64,000 nucleotides of DNA, from the NCBI GenBank assembly GCA_964252035.1, contig OZ176207.1; one strand, written 5' to 3'. The stretch is from Podarcis erhardii. Lineage: Eukaryota. Position numbers and translations under genes: made by a program. The notes under the pieces were generated by a model. That model made no database searches and was not told where the DNA came from. It saw only the letters and a program-made list of their open reading frames with translations. This document shows positions 9,802 through 21,804 of the stretch, one piece after another. How positions within the stretch are numbered: the stretch's first letter is position 1; each line of letters starts with the position of its first letter.

Positions 9802-12800
9802 CTGGAATAAAAAGGTTTGCTAAGTGGGTTAAGCACGACTTACAGCAGAGAGCGCCCCAGCGCTGCCATCACCAATTATATTCCTACTGTGCAAACAGTC
9901 AGAAAATGCCATGTCATGCTGAATACTGGGATCATCCTGATGGAAAGCGAGCACATCAGTCTCTTTGTTAGTTAATAGGGTCAGGCGTGCATACTAGTAA
10001 AACAGCATAAATGTAAAAATGTAGTGACGTAAGACAGGAGAAATGGCCAAAAGGATCTTATAAGTTCCAGGGTTCAAATGGACATTAAAAAACCCCCATA
10101 TATGGAACTTCTCCCCCCCCCCATGGAAAATATAATGTTAACAATGTGCATAGTAATACAATACAGTCTTCTATTTTGCATTATTATTATTACTGTTGCT
10201 ATTATATTCTGCTTAATGCCAAAATAGGCCTCTAGGTGTTTTACACAGTATATAATAAAAGTTACAAAGATGCAGAGGTCTTTGCATTAAGAAGACTGGA
10301 AGTCTTGGATAGAATTGTTAACTTTTCATACAGAAAAGAACTGTGTTCAAAAATTAGATGTAGGAACTCCTTTCTAAAACAAATACTAGAAGTGTGGGGT
10401 CCTGAAATGGACCCAGTACTCCATGCCATCCTCATGCCCAGTGCTTCTCTGCCCTGGCTGTCTTTCAATGGCTTCTGCTTGTGGTGGTGCAAGGTGGGGA
10501 AGGAAATTGCTAAGCGTGATGATGTCAGGTCACACCTTCTGCTTTAATTAAAGCTTGTTAGGAGATGATGCAAGTTATCATTGGCTGTATGTTTAAGGCA
10601 ATGCACAGTTTGGCCGTAAAACACAGCACAAATAGCTATTGTTAGGAAACAAAACCAAACAGCAAACCCCAGCATGAGTGCATGCAAGCCTTTTATGTGA
10701 GCCTAAGGAGGGTATCTTAATCCTGGACAAAGTGTTTTAACATCAGTCATAAGAAAGACATATAGTTGGTCAGTGAAAGTGAGCAGAACACGTCACAGAA
10801 TACACAAAGATCTTATACTCATCGATTCTCTGCCAGTTAATCCTGTTTTTCTCATCCCACATAGGGAGCAGCAGCAGGTGGTTTACTGAGCCCCACCTGG
10901 TTGCCATACAGAGTTGATGAGCAGAATTCAGCTTGGTGGGTTGCAGACCTGCTTTAGAGTTATGAACTCTATGCAAGGAAGGGGAATTGAGTGCGGAGAT
11001 AGGAGTCTATACTAACGAGCAGTATTCAACTAAGTTTTTATCAGGGTAGACCCATTGAAGTTTAACATGTCGAGGTTAGGGCCCTTCATTTCAATGGGTC
11101 TACTTTGAGCAAAACTTAATTGACTTTGTTTACTTTTTAGAAGTAGAGTACAGTTGCTAATAGGCTAATAGTGGGAAGTGCACAGCCGAAGAGGTGTGGT
11201 CCATTCTTCCAAGTTCTTTCCACAGCAACACCCCACTTTCAAGTCACCGTTTTGCTCCTGATGTGGCAAAAATGTTGGGAGCTTGCAGAGTCATGACAGA
11301 GAATGGATTGTTTCAATTCTGCCCTACCAAAATTCTGAACTGGATCATGGAAGCAGGAATGGTTTCCTCAGTCCACTCTAATTCAGTAAGGGAAAGGTAA
11401 AACACAACACAACACAACAAACCTCACTGTATAGAAGACCTTCAAATGCAAGTGGGGCTTTCAGCTGCATTTTTGCACTAGCGCAAGGCAGGAGGGAACA
11501 TCCTCAACCCCACACCAGAAACCTCTCTTTATTTATGGATTGTGTCTTGATCCTGCTGTAAGTTCTGTGTCCACTCTGGAATTACTATCCCCATTATTGG
11601 AAACCATGGTTCCAATGTGGATTTCTGTATGGAGATAGCTCCATTCTATCCCTTAACTGCCAAGCCCACAGTTTACACTATTCATTGTGGCTAGAATCTT
11701 GATGCCCAGATAAACACTAGTAGAGCTTGGAGAAAAGTATGGGAGCTGCTTTGGGTTATTAGTTCTGGAAGCATCTATTTGGCATTTCTAGGTTTTTTAA
11801 AAATTTATTTGTCAAGCTCACACTGCTGTTATGTCTGCAAACAGACAAATCCGTTTCCTGTTACAGCAGCTACAATTTAGACAATGACAATTTTAATGAG
11901 GAATGTCATCTGTATCTTCTCACTGAGTGCACTGATAAGAAACTAGTAGTAAGATACTTAAGCTTTATCTACAATCACCCTCCCCTCAGTTCGGTAAAAC
12001 TTAAAACAAATCTCTTTTGTTAGTCTTTGGTATGTAGCTCCCTCTGCTGGAACCTAGAGTGGCTCACAGGTTAGAATCACCAGGGTAGAAATCTATACAA
12101 AATAAAAGAGCTACATTTCGGAACAGAAAAATTAGGAACATGGAAAACAGAAATGCTTAGTACACTAAGCAGAAAATATATATGATAGATTTGTATATCT
12201 TTGCCCTTTATAACAATATGCACTTATGCTGAGCTGAAACAGAGTGGGTCCCCCCCTTTACAAATCTTTTCACCCCTCATGAAAAGCTCCCACTTTGCTG
12301 GCTAAACACCCTTTTGTGAAAAAGTATTCACAAATGGATGGGGTTTGGGGAAAGTGAGGAGGACGAAAGACAGAAGGTAGATGCTCCTTTGTTCCTCCTA
12401 GTTAAATGTTCTCGACTGGTTGTGGTACAATATGGGTGGAGATGTGCAAGCGGATGTGCAGCCTGTGAAAGTAACACAGTGTTGATAGAGAAAACTGGTA
12501 TTCAGATGCACATCCAAATGGAGATGTCGTCCTTTTTCACTGCATTTCTGTCACTAGTAGTCAGATGCAAAAATGTGTGGCGAAAGTTTTGCCATGCAGT
12601 GTAGTCAACTTGGATATTCCACAGCCCACCCCCCAGAAAGGTAGGACATGAATATTTTAAAAGGAAAGCACTGCCCTCAGTGTTGTCTGTTAGACAAATG
12701 TGATTTTTATGCTCTGGTGCCATCAGTAGCTCTATGTGATCACTGACTGGCAGGGATCTTGCACTGAAGGAGAAATAAACCACTGAAGTTGCAAAGAAGC

Positions 12801-13051
12801 AGTAACATTTTGGGGCCATGATCAGGTATAACCTTCCCAACACCATAAAAATGTGGAGTGGGGAGGTCAGGATGCTTTTCACACTCCTCAAAACCTACTT
12901 TTCATATTGAAAATATCTGAGTGAAAATTCAGCATAAAACTGCAATTTGAATAATTGTTCACTTAAATGAGTTCAGTGAGTTGGGTTCAATAAAAAAGTG
13001 GGCTCAAATCTTACATTATGAAAAGTAACAATAGTACTTTTAATGCAGATA

Positions 13052-13277
13052 CAGCGGTACCTCGGGTTACAGATGATTCTGGTTACAGACTCTGCTAACC
13101 CAGAAATAGTACCTCGGGTTAAGAACTTTGCTTCAGGATGAGAACAGAAATCGTGTGGTGGTGGTGTGGCGGCGGCAGGAGGCCCCATTAGCTAAAGTGG
13201 TGCCTCAGGTTAAGAAAAGTTTCAGGTTAAGAACGGACCTCCGGAACGAATTAAGTTCTTAACCCGAGGTACCACTG
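13052..13277. mobile_element. Young Tc1/mariner-superfamily MITE (226 bp)
   Basis: TA target duplication; 18-bp TIR cagcggtacctcgggtta / taacccgaggtaccactg (1 mismatch); CpGs retained. Confidence 0.9.
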
Positions 13278-13941
13278 TATACCAATAGATCAGCAATGGC
13301 CCAATACTACCAGTTTTCTCCTAATCTGTGTGCACATAGTTCTAGCTACTGCACATTGATTTCGTAGCTGAACCAAGAAACAAAACTCTGCTTTAGTATA
13401 GTGAGAAATCCCTCAACACTTCCTGAGCCAGTGAGAATGCTACACTTTAGTCACTTAAGCAACATTATTCCTTTGGCTTCAGTGTAATTTAATGCATTTG
13501 GAAAGATAATTACAAACACAACCTTAGTGCATTTTTCAGTACAAATAGGTTATGGAATTATTTTTCAAATATTCTCAAAACTGTTACTTGGGTTGGGGGA
13601 TGGACTTAGCATTCCATCAATCTGAAGTACCTCTACATTTTCAACTTCAAGGAGTTTGCTCACGTTCACACAATTCAATAGTTTGTGTTGGACAGCATTG
13701 AAGAGTTATTGCTCTTCATGCCAAAGATACAATTATATCAGCAGTGAGCCACAGAGATCTGTTTTGTTGTTGCTGACCTATCAAGAAAGCCATAACAGCT
13801 GACTGTTTAAAGTACCTTAACTTCTCAGATAAAAGGTTAAAGACGTGCGAGGTAGTGTTATTTATTGGTCCAGAGCATGTAAACGCATTTCAAGCAGATG
13901 TAGTAAGCACACATTTGGATCACAGGAGCACTTCTTAAGAG

Positions 13942-13992
13942 TTAGTGACATCTACAGAGTAAATAACTTACACCCTGCTTCAATTCTTCTTC
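13942..13992 (-). CDS. DTNA: Alpha-dystrobrevin-2-type terminal coding segment (read-through of the 21-nt exon donor): EEELKQGVSYLLCRCH*
   Basis: Read-through GTA AGT TAT TTA CTC TGT AGA TGT CAC TAA; resembles the recalled mammalian DTN-2 end EEELKQGVSYVPYCRS*. Confidence 0.8.
   Translation of the reverse strand, partial: EEELKQGVSYLLCRCH
13972..13992 (-). CDS. DTNA: DTNA 21-nt alternative exon (EEELKQG); phase 0 to 0
   Basis: aatctttctttag|GAA GAA GAA TTG AAG CAG GGT|gtaagt. Confidence 0.92.
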
Positions 13993-15236
13993 CTAAAGAA
14001 AGATTGGATCATTGCGAGTCAGATGAGTCTGATCTTAAAGTGTGAGATAGGGGAGAGAGCTGCAGCTACAGAGCAGGATTGTCACCCCTTGGTCTTAGAA
14101 CAGCATACTTCTGAACATCAATTTCCGGGGGGGGGGGGAATAATGAAGGAGAGCTGTTGCCTTTCTCTCCCATTTGAGAAGTTTTGGAATGACCTGGCTA
14201 ATCACTGCTAGAGTACCGTAGATGGTCAGATTCAGCAGGACTCTTACATTTTAAATGTTCTCACTGTACATACATAACAACAGGAGTGGCTATATAGCAA
14301 CACAGCTCCAAGTTAAGTGGTGCACTCAAACCATTAAAGGGGCCAGCCTCAAATTTCCTAAAGCTTGTCATGTTGTTGGATGCAAATATATTTTGTATAT
14401 ATTATGAGCCTCCTTCCTTGGATGTTTTTATGCAGAGGATGTATTGCCATTTGTCATGGATGTTTTAGCTGAGATTCCTGCATTGCAGGGGGTTGGACTC
14501 AGACCCTATACAGGACTGAGAAACAGCAAAGATGGCTTAATAGCTCTTTTGCTGTGCACCTCTGTACATTAACAAATATACTTTGTTAAATAGGGGTAGC
14601 TAACAGGAAAAGAATATAATTTTAGCCCCTGCAGGTATTAAGTTTAATGAGACCAGGCTAGTTTATGCCAGGACTGATCTTTTAAAATATGAACAAAATT
14701 CCAAACAAAGAAGTTGAGTCCTTGCCCATCTGCCCCCTCCCCTCCCCAACTTAATTTCTGTTATCAAAGGGATGTATTTCTGCACATTAGTCCCTTTCCA
14801 AATCATTTAGGTTGAAGAGGTTAATAAACAGGGGGTGTATATAATGAAATATGACAACTAGCAACAACACTCCTTAGCCCCTCAGTACTAAGTACCTGGA
14901 GAAAAGGGCATTTGGATCCACTCTCCATTGCTGCTGTTTTTGTGGAAACAATGGTCAAATTGTAGGTTGAAAAGATAACAGCAACAACAACCTATTTGTC
15001 TGGGCAATGGGAATGATTAATATCTGAAGTTAGTGGGAGGCATTTCCCAGAACAAACATCTATGGCAGGGATGGGAAATCTGGAGTCCCCTGGGCTGCTG
15101 TTAGACTCCATCAACCCCAATCAGCATGGCCAATGCTCAGGGAAGAGTGGAGTCATACATCATTTGGAGGGCTACAGGTTCCACATCCCTGGTCTAGGAG
15201 AGAAATCGTATAGGCTTGGGAATTAAAATAGTTTAC

Positions 15237-15333
15237 CTTTAGCAGTTTCATGAGGCCTTCTAACTGAACCATGAGTTCTCTTCGGCTTTCCTGAAGAGCT
15301 GACATCCTCTGTTCAAGCTCATCCTTCCTCTGC
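15237..15333 (-). CDS. DTNA: DTNA coding exon (~exon 17, coiled coil H2); 97 nt, phase 2 to 0
   Basis: [32 protein letters not shown]; acceptor atttcttag|G, donor AAG|gtaaac. Confidence 0.97.
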
Positions 15334-15614
15334 CTAAGAAATAAGCATTTAAGATCAGGGCATGTAGCTAACCATTCCAAAGCTTCCCAGACAAATGAAC
15401 ATGCAGTGGAAAAGCCTGCATTTGTAATCCAAAACATGTGTTATAATGTTGCACCTGATTTCCTATGCAGGAAGTTTTTGCCCCAAGACTGACCATGAGC
15501 ACAGCTCAAAACATGGAGCTTGGTTCCACTCTTGCAGCAGACGACAAGCCCTCCAGAATCTTTTCCTAGCTCACCACCATGCTACTCCAATGCACCAAAT
15601 ATATATATATATAT

Positions 15615-15830
15615 ATTATTATTTGTTTTTATCTGTCTCTTATTCCAAGAAGCTCAGGACAACATGCATAGAAAGTCCTTTCCTCACTTCTTATTTTGTC
15701 TCCACAACAATCCAGAAAATAGATTATGCTGAGAGGGGATAACTTGCTCAAGGTGACCCATTCAAGAGAGGATATGAAGTTGGCACTCCCTTGTCCTATT
15801 CTGATACTCAATATTGATTCTCTAATGGAT
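15615..15830 (-). mobile_element. Degenerate MIR-like SINE
   Basis: Reverse-oriented CORE-like cacaacaatcc...gctgagagggga..acttgctcaaggtgaccca with T-rich (reverse) tail. Confidence 0.65.
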
Positions 15831-16251
15831 CAAATGTTTACCGGCTAAAAGTCTGCCCACACAAAAGGCTGACATTTCCTGAACATCCTGGATTTTTGTC
15901 AGAATCTGCCCTCCTTCTGCCATTGTGAGTTCAAGTTGGTAAAGCCTATTTAACTGTTGGCTGGGTTTGGAACCAGAAGTTGCTTTTTCAATATGTGTTA
16001 CTCTAGCTCTTGGGATTCCTTTCCCTGGTAATTCAGCTATTCCAAAAGGTCTCCTGATCCAGGACAAACTGATGCCACACTGCTGAGTATGATCTTGCAT
16101 CTATTTGCTGATTATTTGGCACAACACACATTGCCTCAAAGGTGCATTCACATACATGTTCATCCTCTGCTGACTACAGTATCAACAGATATAGTTTCAA
16201 ACACTATACTTTTCAATGTAAGGAACATGTTCAGTGTCCTTTAAGGAGGTA

Positions 16252-16583
16252 CAGTGGTGCCTCGCAAGACGAAAAGAATCCGTTCTGCGAGTCTCTTCGT
16301 CTTGCGGTTTTTTCGTCTTGCGAAGCAAGCCCATCAGCGGCTTAGCGGATTAGCGCTATTAGCGGCTTAGCGGATCAGCTGATAAGCGGCTTAGCGGATC
16401 AGCTGATAAGCGGCTTAGCGGCTTAGAAAAAGGGGGGGGGAGGAAAAAAACCCCGCAGGAACTCGCAAGACATTTTCGTCTTGCGAAGCAAGCCCATAGG
16501 AAATTCGCACCTCCAAAACGGAAAACCCTTTCGTCTAGCGGGTTTTCCGTCTTGCGAGGCATTCGTCTTGCGGGGCACCACTG
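16252..16583. mobile_element. Young Tc1/mariner-superfamily MITE (332 bp) with internal minisatellite
   Basis: TA target duplication; 22-bp TIR cagtggtgcctcgcaagacgaa / ttcgtcttgcggggcaccactg (1 mismatch); repeated tcgtcttgcg motifs; CpG-rich. Confidence 0.9.
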
Positions 16584-17823
16584 TACTAACTTCTGGTTTC
16601 TTTTAAAGTTGAGTGTTAATTGGGGATAACATAGAGCTGCTGAAATAACATAACAAGCACAAATCATAATGAATGCTCAATAAAAAAGGATGTCTGGAAG
16701 AGTCCTTACAGACATTATCTTAACTTCCACTCTCAACTTCTTAGCCAACTAGAATGACAATTTAATAATTAAGTTTTCTTCCCCATCACCTGATTTCAGT
16801 TTACTGGGCCGACTTTTTGAGCTTTCTGGGATCTTTTGACCCCCCCCAGCAAGAACAGCCTTTAAGCAGAATGCAGATTAGTGTTCTAGTCAGTGCTTTT
16901 CTTCGAGAAAAAAAGGTGCTGGTACTGCATACCTTTGTGTACCCCCAGGAAAAAAGCACTGGTTGTAGTTCAAAACACCTGGAGGGCACTAGATTGGCAA
17001 AGCCTGGTGTTCAGGTTAGAGAGCCGCAGTGATATTTTTATTAGAGAACCTGGGACTGTGAAATAGCCAGTACACTGCACAGAACACTTGGGGGAACAAC
17101 CACATAGTCCCTACTTATATTTTCATTATGTTGAGAAGCTTTCATTTGGCTATTTTGCAAATGTTGTGCAAGGAATTAAAATAAGCCCCTTTAACTGTTA
17201 ATTAACTATTACTATTCTGACCGCACACAAGCTTGGACAGATACTGCTTCCTGTGACATTGCAAATTAAAATGGAGGACAAATTTAAAGAAAGTTATTAT
17301 GTTTTTTTATCTTTGAAGCAAAATCAAAGAAATGCAAAAACAAGCACCACGCACACTAGCTTACCCCTAGGATAGTGTACACAGGATTACAGCTTCAGAG
17401 AGTCAAGTAAAAATTCCAGCACTGCATAATCAAGGGACTTTTTTTTAAAAAAAAGTAAATCTATTTCACCCTATTTGTAGTATTTTAAAACACATTTTAG
17501 GATGGGTCTCCAAAAGGGAAATAGTTAAACTTGAACATTGATCTTGATCACTTTCTAATAAGTTCTACAACACTAATGTTGCATGTTGCTGCCATTATTT
17601 TGTTCTAGTTAGAGGAAGAGTTATCTTTTGACAACTCCATTAGTAAAATCAATAGTGGAAAACACAACCTCAAAACAATATATGCTACCTGGTAGTGTGC
17701 CCCACTGAACTGAATGTGGCTTATTTCTGAGTAGAGATGTGTAAGATTGTGTTATTATTATTTTTTTTTTAATAAAAACCCTCTTAAGTCATTGGCTGAA
17801 TATAATATACTGTATGTACTTAC

Positions 17824-17937
17824 CTCAGGAGCCGAAGTTCTGCCAGGAGAGTAGGATTCTGTGCTGCCTTCTCTGGAGTGGGTTGAGACGCCTGCTCATG
17901 TTCAAGTCGCAGCCTGTGAATCTCTTGTAAGATTTCT
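17824..17937 (-). CDS. DTNA: DTNA coding exon (~exon 16); 114 nt, phase 2 to 2
   Basis: [37 protein letters not shown](R); acceptor ttcttctgtaag|A, donor AG|gtaagt. Confidence 0.96.
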
Positions 17938-19047
17938 CTTACAGAAGAAGAGAAGAAGAAGAGGTAAGCCGTAGGTAACGTTTTCACCAAGGGCCCCTCT
18001 AAATGACCTGTTTATTGGGCATTCATCCTGGCTTGTGCCTGCACAAAAGTACATCAGGAGCAGCTGGTGACAGGGGAACTGCTTCACTAACTGGCAGGTA
18101 GGTTACTGTTGCTTACCTCGAGGGAGAGGCGACAGGGAGGTAAATATGGTGCAAAAGCACCAGCAGGAGCACCTAGTGTGTTTGCACTGTGCTGACTTCC
18201 CTGCCACCTAGCTCCTCCCTCTCTTGGTAAGCAAGAGTGTCCCACTTGCCTGGAAGATAAGCACAACACCTTCACTCTCAAGTGATGCAACACTTCTGGA
18301 TTTACCTAGTTGGACTCTGTTGAACATTCTTTCTGATTTGTTTGTGGGGTGGTTAAACAATGATGAGCATTTGTCCTGCATTCATTCCGATTTCTTATGG
18401 GGTGTTTATATGTATTCTCATTAATCAATTGTTCATCTCACACTTTTCAATGCATTTCCCCATCACTTAACAAACCACAAAGTGTGTTTCTTCTTTTTTG
18501 TTGTGCTAGGGCAAAGGTTTTCCTTTTTTTTGAGTCCATGGTTCCCTTGACCAACTACATTCTTTCTGCGGCACCCCTGTGGGGCTCAGGAGCCCAGTTA
18601 TGTCACCCCTTGCCTGCAGAGCTGGTAGCCTCTCACCCTTTTTCAAACACCCTCCCCCTTGTGGAGTGTTCCCTCAGCCTCCTCTCCTCTCACCAGGAGT
18701 CCCCCAGGCAGCCTCTGCTGCTGCCCCTGATCTCTGAGATGCCTCCCCCCTCCCCATCCCAAAGAGAGGTACCTCTTCACACAGCCTCAAAATCTGCTCC
18801 ATGGAAAAACTGAAAGCTCAGATGCTGCAACTAGGAGGTACTGTTTAAGTACAGATTGTCTTATAGCTTATTAAATTAAATCCAAAACCCAGAAACTAAC
18901 AGTGGCCCCAGTGTATTATACTGCATCTATAGGTTCCCTCATGACAGATTCACCACAGTTTTGGTCAACTCTGCCTTGATACTTGATACATTTTGTTTCT
19001 GTCCGCAGATATACATTTAGCTTGGAGGTAGGTTACAACAGACTTAC

Positions 19048-19154
19048 CTGTTCTTATTTTCAAGTTCTGCAATAAGCTGTCTTTGTTGCTTATTAGCATC
19101 AATAGAGAATGAGATATCTGGAGCACCTCTCTGTTGTGGTTGCTGTTGCAGTTG
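19048..19154 (-). CDS. DTNA: DTNA coding exon (~exon 15, start of coiled coil H1); 107 nt from the first AG, with in-frame 95-nt and 83-nt alternatives; phase 0 to 2
   Basis: [35 protein letters not shown](R); acceptor cctgtcttccag|CAA, donor AG|gtaagt. Exon identity is secure; the exact acceptor is less so. Confidence 0.9.
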
Positions 19155-20958
19155 CTGGAAGACAGGTTGTTCATGTCAATAACAATGGCAAATAAAAGTA
19201 TATTGTTTAAAGATAGACATGCCCATCTTTTGTCTTTTTTGTATTCATACACATATTAACCATATGACTGATATCGTACAGCAATGCTTGTGTAATATAG
19301 GGGCTAAAGGTGTTTATTCAACTTCAATTAATTGCAAAAAATTATACCCTGCCTGATTTTCAGAGAAACTCAAGGTGGTCCACACAATACAAAAACAAAA
19401 CTGAAATCCCAATCATTCCCTTTTCCCCTGCAGCCTTCTGCACACCCACAAAATGTGCTCTGGAGGGTTGAGGAAAAGAAGAAGAAGAAAGGGAAATCCA
19501 ATTGTGTGACCAAAAGTCCACGGTGTGATATTGGGTGGAAGAACCAAATACATACATCTGAGACACTGCACTGAAAGTGACTAGCAATTAACTGATTTCT
19601 GGCTCACATAAATTATTTTGGCCTTCATTCCATCCAGTCACACTTCTCTCATAACTACTTGGTTAATTGATAGTATCTGTTAAGAATTTCCTCAGAAGAC
19701 CTTGTGATCAATCTCCCTCCCTGCTCCTCCTCGTGACAGAAGCACTCCTTGGTTTACGACACAATCAGTAATCAAAACGTCAGGATAATATTTGGCCATT
19801 GGCATCACCCTCATCATTGCAGCTGGTGTTCCAGTGGCAAAGCTATAGACTGCACACTCTCAGCCTTGGTGAGGTACTGTGATAATTAATTTGCTGTTCC
19901 CCTCCCATTTTGAAGACAACTGAGATGAGTAACAAGGGGAGGGGGAAGAAGCTCATTACTTGCTAACTATCAATAGAATACTAGCACAGCTGAAGCAGTC
20001 CTGGCTTTATTGAACAGGGTCAGTTGGGGAATGACAACATCACAGAGGCCTGAGGCCACAGCACTTGAAACATACCCAACAAAATCTAACTAATGCTCTG
20101 AATGTATTCACTAGCTGTATTTTAATCAGAATTGCACATAAGTAGCTATGGATTCAAATGATTTTACTGTCCCAAGTGTTTAGCAAATAAGTCATAATGA
20201 GCATGATCTCACTTTCTTCTCCTAGATGGAGAAGGTTCTCAGCTGGGTGGCACAACATCTCTGAAAAATCTCTTGAAAAACCTCTGCTTGGTGGCACTAG
20301 CCAATATTTTGTTCCACTGATGCAAGAGAACTCTCTCTACAGCAGTAGTTTTTCCCCCTTTAACTGTCATGTAATAATTTTCAGAGACAAGTCTCACAGT
20401 ATGACAAGCATGATAAGTAGCTTTTACAGTGAGAAACTGTGCTGCACATGCAGCAAGGATGGGGGAATAATGTCTGTCATTAACTGGAAATCATGGTCAA
20501 TTTTAGGGATGACTGAGTTCTTCCAAAGTCCCCTTGGATTAGCTTGGAAATGACCTGAGCCCTCAAAACCTGGATCATTTCTCTGAGGCAATCCAAGGCC
20601 TGGAAACAGAAACCCCATTCTCTGCCTGTGATACTTGCAGGAATATGTTTTGAAGGATGAAAGGACAAAGTGAACAGTAGTGGTGATGGGGAACCCTACC
20701 TGCTGCTAAGGACCCTCTTGTCCTAAGGGTGTTATGTGGCAGATGGGCCTTGGATTTTGCTTTTGCCCCTGCAGTATTGCCAAAGCAGCCTCAGAGATTC
20801 ACCATTTGCTGTGGTAGCAGCCAGAAATCATGTATGCTCACAGAGATGTCAGTATTTCCAATCTTCAACTTTAATGCGACAATCCTAACCCACCTCAGCT
20901 GGGAGCAGGCACCACTGAATTCAATAGGACTTCCTTCTGAGTAGTCATGTGCCTTTAG

Positions 20959-21422
20959 AATGGTGACTGGGAGTGGCTGCCGAGACCACGTAACACCAGT
21001 CTTGAAAGACCTACATTGGCTCCCAGTACATTTCCGAGCACAATTCAAAGTTTTGGTGCTCACCTTTAAAGCCCTAAGCAGCCTTGGTTCTGTATACCTG
21101 AAGGAGTGGCTCCACCCCCATCGTTCAACCCGGACCCTGAGGTCCAGCTCTGAGGGCCTTCTGGTGGTTCCCTCACTGCAAGAAGTGAAGTTACAGGGAA
21201 CCAGGCAGAGGGCCTTCTCGGTAGTGCTGCCCGCCCCCCAGGAAACCCTCCCATCAGATGTCAAAGACATAAACAACTATCTGACATTTAGAAGACATCT
21301 GAAGACAGCCCTGTTTAGGGAAGTTTTTAATGACCGATGTTTTAAAGTATTTTTAATCTTTTGTTGGAAGCAGCCCAGAGTGGCTGGGGAAACCCAGCCA
21401 GATGGGCGGGGAATAAAAATAA

Positions 21423-21463
<41 letters not shown>
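20959..21463 (+). mobile_element. 5'-truncated L2-clade LINE (ORF2 C-terminus, 3'UTR and (TTA)n tail)
   Basis: ORF 20960-21475: HVTPVLKDLHWLPVHFRAQFKVLVLTFKAL...RTLRSS...RAFSV...FRRHLKTALF is the characteristic L2 ORF2 C-terminus; tail 21423-21463. Confidence 0.9.
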
Positions 21464-21464
<1 letters not shown>

Positions 21465-21634
21465 GATTGCAGTGACTTCTAGACTTGTGTCAATTAATCT
21501 TTCAGCATGGCTAGAGATAGTTCCTCCTATGTAAACAAGCCTATCACAGGGGATAGTGGTAGCTTTCCTCAACCCTTTTATTTCAGCAAGTTCAAACAAA
21601 ACAAAACCACTTTCTCCTAATGAAAGCCACTTAC

Positions 21635-21722
21635 TGATGAAGTAGTCTCAGCTGCCAGTCTTGCTGCATACCTTGCGATCAGTCTGTGCTCTTCATCTAG
21701 ACGGTTTGGGCTGTCGAGCAAA
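21635..21722 (-). CDS. DTNA: DTNA coding exon (~exon 14, syntrophin-binding site); 88 nt, phase 2 to 0
   Basis: Not in ORF track; [29 protein letters not shown]; acceptor ccctcgcaacag|T, donor TCA|gtaagt. Confidence 0.96.
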
Positions 21723-21804
21723 CTGTTGCGAGGGAAGGGCAAGGAAAAGTGGGAGAGACATTAATATATAGGTTGAGAGGAAAATATTCCATAACCTATA
21801 TTTA

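Noticed and set aside
16252-16583. CpG-rich patch resembling a CpG island, or a CRISPR-like repeat array
   Set aside because: Entirely explained by a TIR- and TA-bounded MITE with an internal minisatellite; no unique spacers, and the context is eukaryotic
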